The notes below the pieces were generated by a model, which saw only the letters and a program-made list of their open reading frames with translations, did no database searches and was not told the origin of the DNA. The position numbers were made by a program, and so were the translations under genes. DNA of 63,758 bases, filler included, from Octopus bimaculoides (Eukaryota): assembly GCF_001194135.2 (NCBI RefSeq). It is 6 parts of 6 records of this genome, joined end to end, with 100 filler letters (N's around TTAATTAATTAA, not from the genome) between each part and the next. Parts side by side here need not be neighbours in the genome. Positions count along the whole stretch, not along the records: positions 58,840 to 62,604 come from NC_068999.1; positions 62,705 to 63,758 come from NW_026429099.1; 4 more parts are not named here. The stretch is one strand, 5' to 3'. This document shows positions 59,483-63,758 of this stretch, in pieces; position 1 is the stretch's first letter, and each line of letters starts with the position of its first letter.

Positions 59483-59520
59483 CTGAGTTTCACGTTCCCG
59501 AACGGGAACGTGAAACTCAG
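59483..59520. repeat. Perfect 18-bp GC-rich palindrome with 2-nt loop
   Basis: ctgagtttcacgttcccg-aa-cgggaacgtgaaactcag. Confidence 0.95.
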
Positions 59521-60894
59521 TTATTAATAAAAAGGGCTGCATGCCAGATTTCACAGTTCTAGCATCACTGCTTCATACTCTACCTATGAGCCTTGCAGCT
59601 AACCCACGTGATATACAGGTACACTCACATACACACACACACGCATGCGCTCCTGTGATATATATTTAGTGTACAATATATAATATAGCATAATGTAATT
59701 AATATAATGTCATATAATAATACAATACAATATATGCGTTTAAGCTGCAGCGTCGTTTAACATAGCAAAATTGCATGTCGAGTTACGGCCCTTTATGTAC
59801 AAATCGAGAGTTAGCCATTTGTTATATGGAGACGAAGATCGATGAAAGAAGTAACAGAACTGAAAAATAAATATTTGGGTGTTAGTCATGACCAACTAAA
59901 AAGAAATCTTGAACGTGACGCCCCAGAATGGCCACAGACATACAACAGAAGATAGTAAAAGAAGCAAAACAATAACACAGTAAAAATAAAGTAAAAAGTA
60001 AATAAACAAGATAGCAACAGCAACTTTTCTCTGCAAAATAATACATATATATGTATATATATATATATNNNNNNNNNNNNNNNNNNNNNNNNNNNNNNNN
60101 NNNNNNNNNNNNNNNNNNNNNNNNNNNNNNNNNNNNNNNNNNNNNNNNNNNNNNNNNNNNNNNNNNNNNNNNNNNNNNNNNNNNNNNNNNNNNNNNNNNN
60201 NNNNNNNNNNNNNNNNNNNNNNNNNNNNNNNNNNNNNNNNNNNNNNNNNNNNNNNNNNNNNNNNNNNNNNNNNNNNNNNNNNNNNNNNNNNNNNNNNNNN
60301 NNNNNNNNNNNNNNNNNNNNNNNNNNNNNNNNNNNNNNNNNNNNNNNNNNNNNNNNNNNNNNNNNNNNNNNNNNNNNNNNNNNNNNNNNNNNNNNNNNNN
60401 NNNNNNNNNNNNNNNNNNNNNNNNNNNNNNNNNNNNNNNNNNNNNNNNNNNNNNNNNNNNNNNNNNNNNNNNNNNNNNNNNNNNNNNNNNNNNNNNNNNN
60501 NNNNNNNNNNNNNNNNNNNNNNNNNNNNNNNNNNNNNNNNNNNNNNNNNNNNNNNNNNNNNNNNNNNNNNNNNNNNNNNNNNNNNNNNNNNNNNNNNNNN
60601 NNNNNNNNNNNNNNNNNNNNNNNNNNNNNNNNNNNNNNNNNNNNNNNNNNNNNNNNNNNNNNNNNNNNNNNNNNNNNNNNNNNNNNNNNNNNNNNNNNNN
60701 NNNNNNNNNNNNNNNNNNNNNNNNNNNNNNNNNNNNNNNNNNNNNNNNNNNNNNNNNNNNNNNNNNNNNNNNNNNNNNNNNNNNNNNNNNNNNNNNNNNN
60801 NNNNNNNNNNNNNNNNNNNNNNNNNNNNNNNNNNNNNNNNNNNNNNNNNNNNNNNNNNNNNCATACATACGTACATGCATATGTATGGACACAC

Positions 60895-60947
<53 letters not shown>

Positions 60948-61069
60948 TAATGTCTCAATCAATACAACTCTTCTACCACTAAACAAATAAAACATATATG
61001 AAGATTACTGGAACGAACTTCCCTCCGTCTGTGTATTCTATTTTTCTACCCGCTCGCTTTGTCACATCT

Positions 61070-61291
61070 GTCCATCTATCTATATATATATATTTTTTTT
61101 GTGTCTGTCTATCATTCTGTCTATCATTCAGTCTATCATTCTGTCTATCTATCTATCCATCCAACCATCTATCTATCTATTCATTTATCTATTTGTCTGT
61201 CTGTCATTCTATTTATCTATCTATCCATCCATCCATCCATCTATTACCTCTCTATCTATCTATACATTTATCAGTCTATCTGCATGTTTGT

Positions 61292-61351
<60 letters not shown>

Positions 61352-61395
61352 TTATCTATTTATATATCTTCCTTCATACCTATCTATCTAACTAC
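61070..61395. repeat. (ATCT)n/(ATCC)n compound microsatellite
   Basis: Direct inspection. Confidence 0.9.
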
Positions 61396-63758
61396 TAACA
61401 TGTTTATTGTTTTATCTATACATCTATATTCATATTTACGCATGTTGTGTATTTTTCGATAAATAATTCTTCCTTATTTAAACGTTCTTGTATAGTAAGT
61501 ATTTCATTGCAATTGTAGCTGGGTAAAACTGCGAAATTGGGTTGGTTATTCCTTGCACACCTCTCTATGTGTTAATTCAAAGGTATCTGTCTATACTTTG
61601 AGAAACGGATCTGTTCCTTATTTATATATATATATATNNNNNNNNNNNNNNNNNNNNNNNNNNNNNNNNNNNNNNNNNNNNNNNNNNNNNNNNNNNNNNN
61701 NNNNNNNNNNNNNNNNNNNNNNNNNNNNNNNNNNNNNNNNNNNNNNNNNNNNNNNNNNNNNNNNNNNNNNNNNNNNNNNNNNNNNNNNNTATATACATAT
61801 ATACATATATGCATATATACACATATATATACATGAGTTTGGTGAAACAGCATACATAGAATTCAACAAACGATTTTAATAATTTTAAAATTATTTTTCA
61901 TTAGTATTACAGAGCGTTAAGTAAATATAACAAGATAATAAAATGTACATGCACGCATACAGAACGTTTAAACATGAAACTTTGTAACTTTGAATCCACC
62001 TCTTAACTACACTGCTATGCTTCTTCGCGGTGACTTGAGTAAGTATTACCACAAATTCATCCAAAGACGTCTAACTTCATAATGGAAAACAACAACAGCA
62101 CTTTTTGTATTATTATATTAATGGGTGCTTATTTGTACTCCTTACTTTCACCAACACCGAAGACCCTCCACACTTTCTACTGTTTTAGATTTTTAATGTT
62201 TATTTGGTATCCTAGCTGTTACAGGAGTTTTAAACTCGTCCTTTGGTTCTCTTTGTTGTTTTTCATTCTTTCATTCAGGATTTTTTTGTCTTATTTCCTT
62301 TTCATGCTTTTATCAACACAATCATACGCAGAGCTAATATCGGTAATACCGGATCGAAACCAAAATGGTGTGTTTATATATGCACTCAAATATACCACAT
62401 AAACATAAGCCAATACGTTTAGCATAAAGATGCACATCACCTTCACACATACATGTATGTACTTTTATGTATGTTTCTATTTATGTATATATGAATAGAT
62501 ACATATATATATGTGTGCGTGTATGTGTGTTTGGGTATGCGTAAATATGTATATACATATACGTGTGTGTGTATGTATGTATATATATATATATATATAT
62601 ATATNNNNNNNNNNNNNNNNNNNNNNNNNNNNNNNNNNNNNNNNNNNNTTAATTAATTAANNNNNNNNNNNNNNNNNNNNNNNNNNNNNNNNNNNNNNNN
62701 NNNNAAGAATCTAATTTCTATAAATGTATTTGTGAATGGCTACATCATCATTTTTAATTATCAATTAAATATTGAAGTGACGGAATCAATAAAATACTGT
62801 ACATTCTGAGATCAAAGCCCATTGAGGTGAGAGACTGATAGATAGAGTACTAGGCTTAAAAAAGTATATAAAGTAAGTCCTGAAGTTGACTTGTTATGTT
62901 CCGTGCAATATCAATATATTTAAAATATTCTCCCCAAACAATAAAGATGCCCACTTATATTTCATTTTTGAAGCTAACAGAGAGCAACATGCTGAAGATA
63001 GTGAGCCCAGATATTTACCTATGAAACACCCAAGTAAATACAATCAATATTGTTAGTACATAGCATGATTTTTGAAATGATCTTAAAGAAAAACCAACAA
63101 TCATGAAATGTATATTCTCTTTTAGTCTGTGTGTTTGAGTCAATCTCATTAGTGTTTATTATGGCAATATCATAAGAATACTAACATGACCTAAATGTAA
63201 TTTATAGCCATGACTCAAATTCTTGCATTAATTTCTTACAGACATAGATGATGTTTATGACAGTGTTCCAAGGAAACCTGAAGGTAAGTGCATAAGCAAT
63301 CAATTAAAAAATTACATGTACTGAAGTAAGAGCTCACAAATATCATGGTTCATTGTTTCATTGAGTAGTATAGACAGCTTAATGTATGCCTTTTATCATT
63401 TACTTATTTCAGTCATTGCATTGCAGCCTTCAACAAATATAGGTTTCTTATGCCTGTTCATGCAACAGGCTTCTTTCAGTTTCTTTCTGCCAAATCCCAC
63501 TCATGAGTTTTTGGTTGGCCTGAAGTTATACAAGAAAGTGCAATTGGACTGAACCAGAGCCTTATCACACAGTAATGTCTGTGCCTTTGTATGATTATAT
63601 ATAAACTATAGAATTTTTTTTTTTTGACTTCTTTCTTTGCAACATCAAAAATTTAAATCATCCTCTCAAAACAATAAATATGCCCATTTTTATATAATTT
63701 CTTGTTGTTGTGAAAACGCAGCATGCTGATGTTAGCAAGCATGAGTATTTATATATAA

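Noticed and set aside
59410-60912. Repeated catacatacgtacatgcatatgtatggacac(AC)n at 59410 and 60862
   Set aside because: Both copies are gap-adjacent; probable scaffolding artefact.
62325-62362. Stem-loop followed by GAAAC resembling a hammerhead
   Set aside because: No CUGANGA core and no stem I.

Overview
AT-rich, microsatellite-dense animal genomic DNA with many assembly gaps. It is most likely octopus, inferred from the KRAB-less C2H2 zinc-finger gene style, the SINE landscape and the microsatellite load. The only confident protein-coding gene is a single-coding-exon gene with 18 C2H2 fingers (55849-57456, +). Three short candidate exons of unidentified genes lie on the minus strand at 16.8-17.0 kb and 28.0-28.3 kb. 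Most other recognisable sequence is transposon-derived: RTE LINE fragments and a very abundant RTE-tail element (my label: family A); tRNA-headed SINEs (my labels B, C, D, E); Penelope-like (PLE) RT and GIY-YIG remnants; R4/Dong-like LINE fragments sitting in (AAT)n; CR1; a decayed Tc1; mariner, hAT and piggyBac-like MITEs; and Helitron pieces. The most interesting signals are (i) a tRNA-headed element carrying a hammerhead-ribozyme (HHR) fold at 15100-15363, (ii) two more families of small elements carrying minimal HHR folds, one with a CUGUUGA core variant, (iii) a SAP-domain ORF preceded by a perfect 50-bp inverted repeat, (iv) a ~100-bp target-site duplication around an RTE-tail insertion, and (v) a ~420-bp foldback just upstream of the ZNF gene. 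Nearly all other ORFs in the supplied track are microsatellite or N-gap artefacts. Family assignments rest on motif recall, not database searches.
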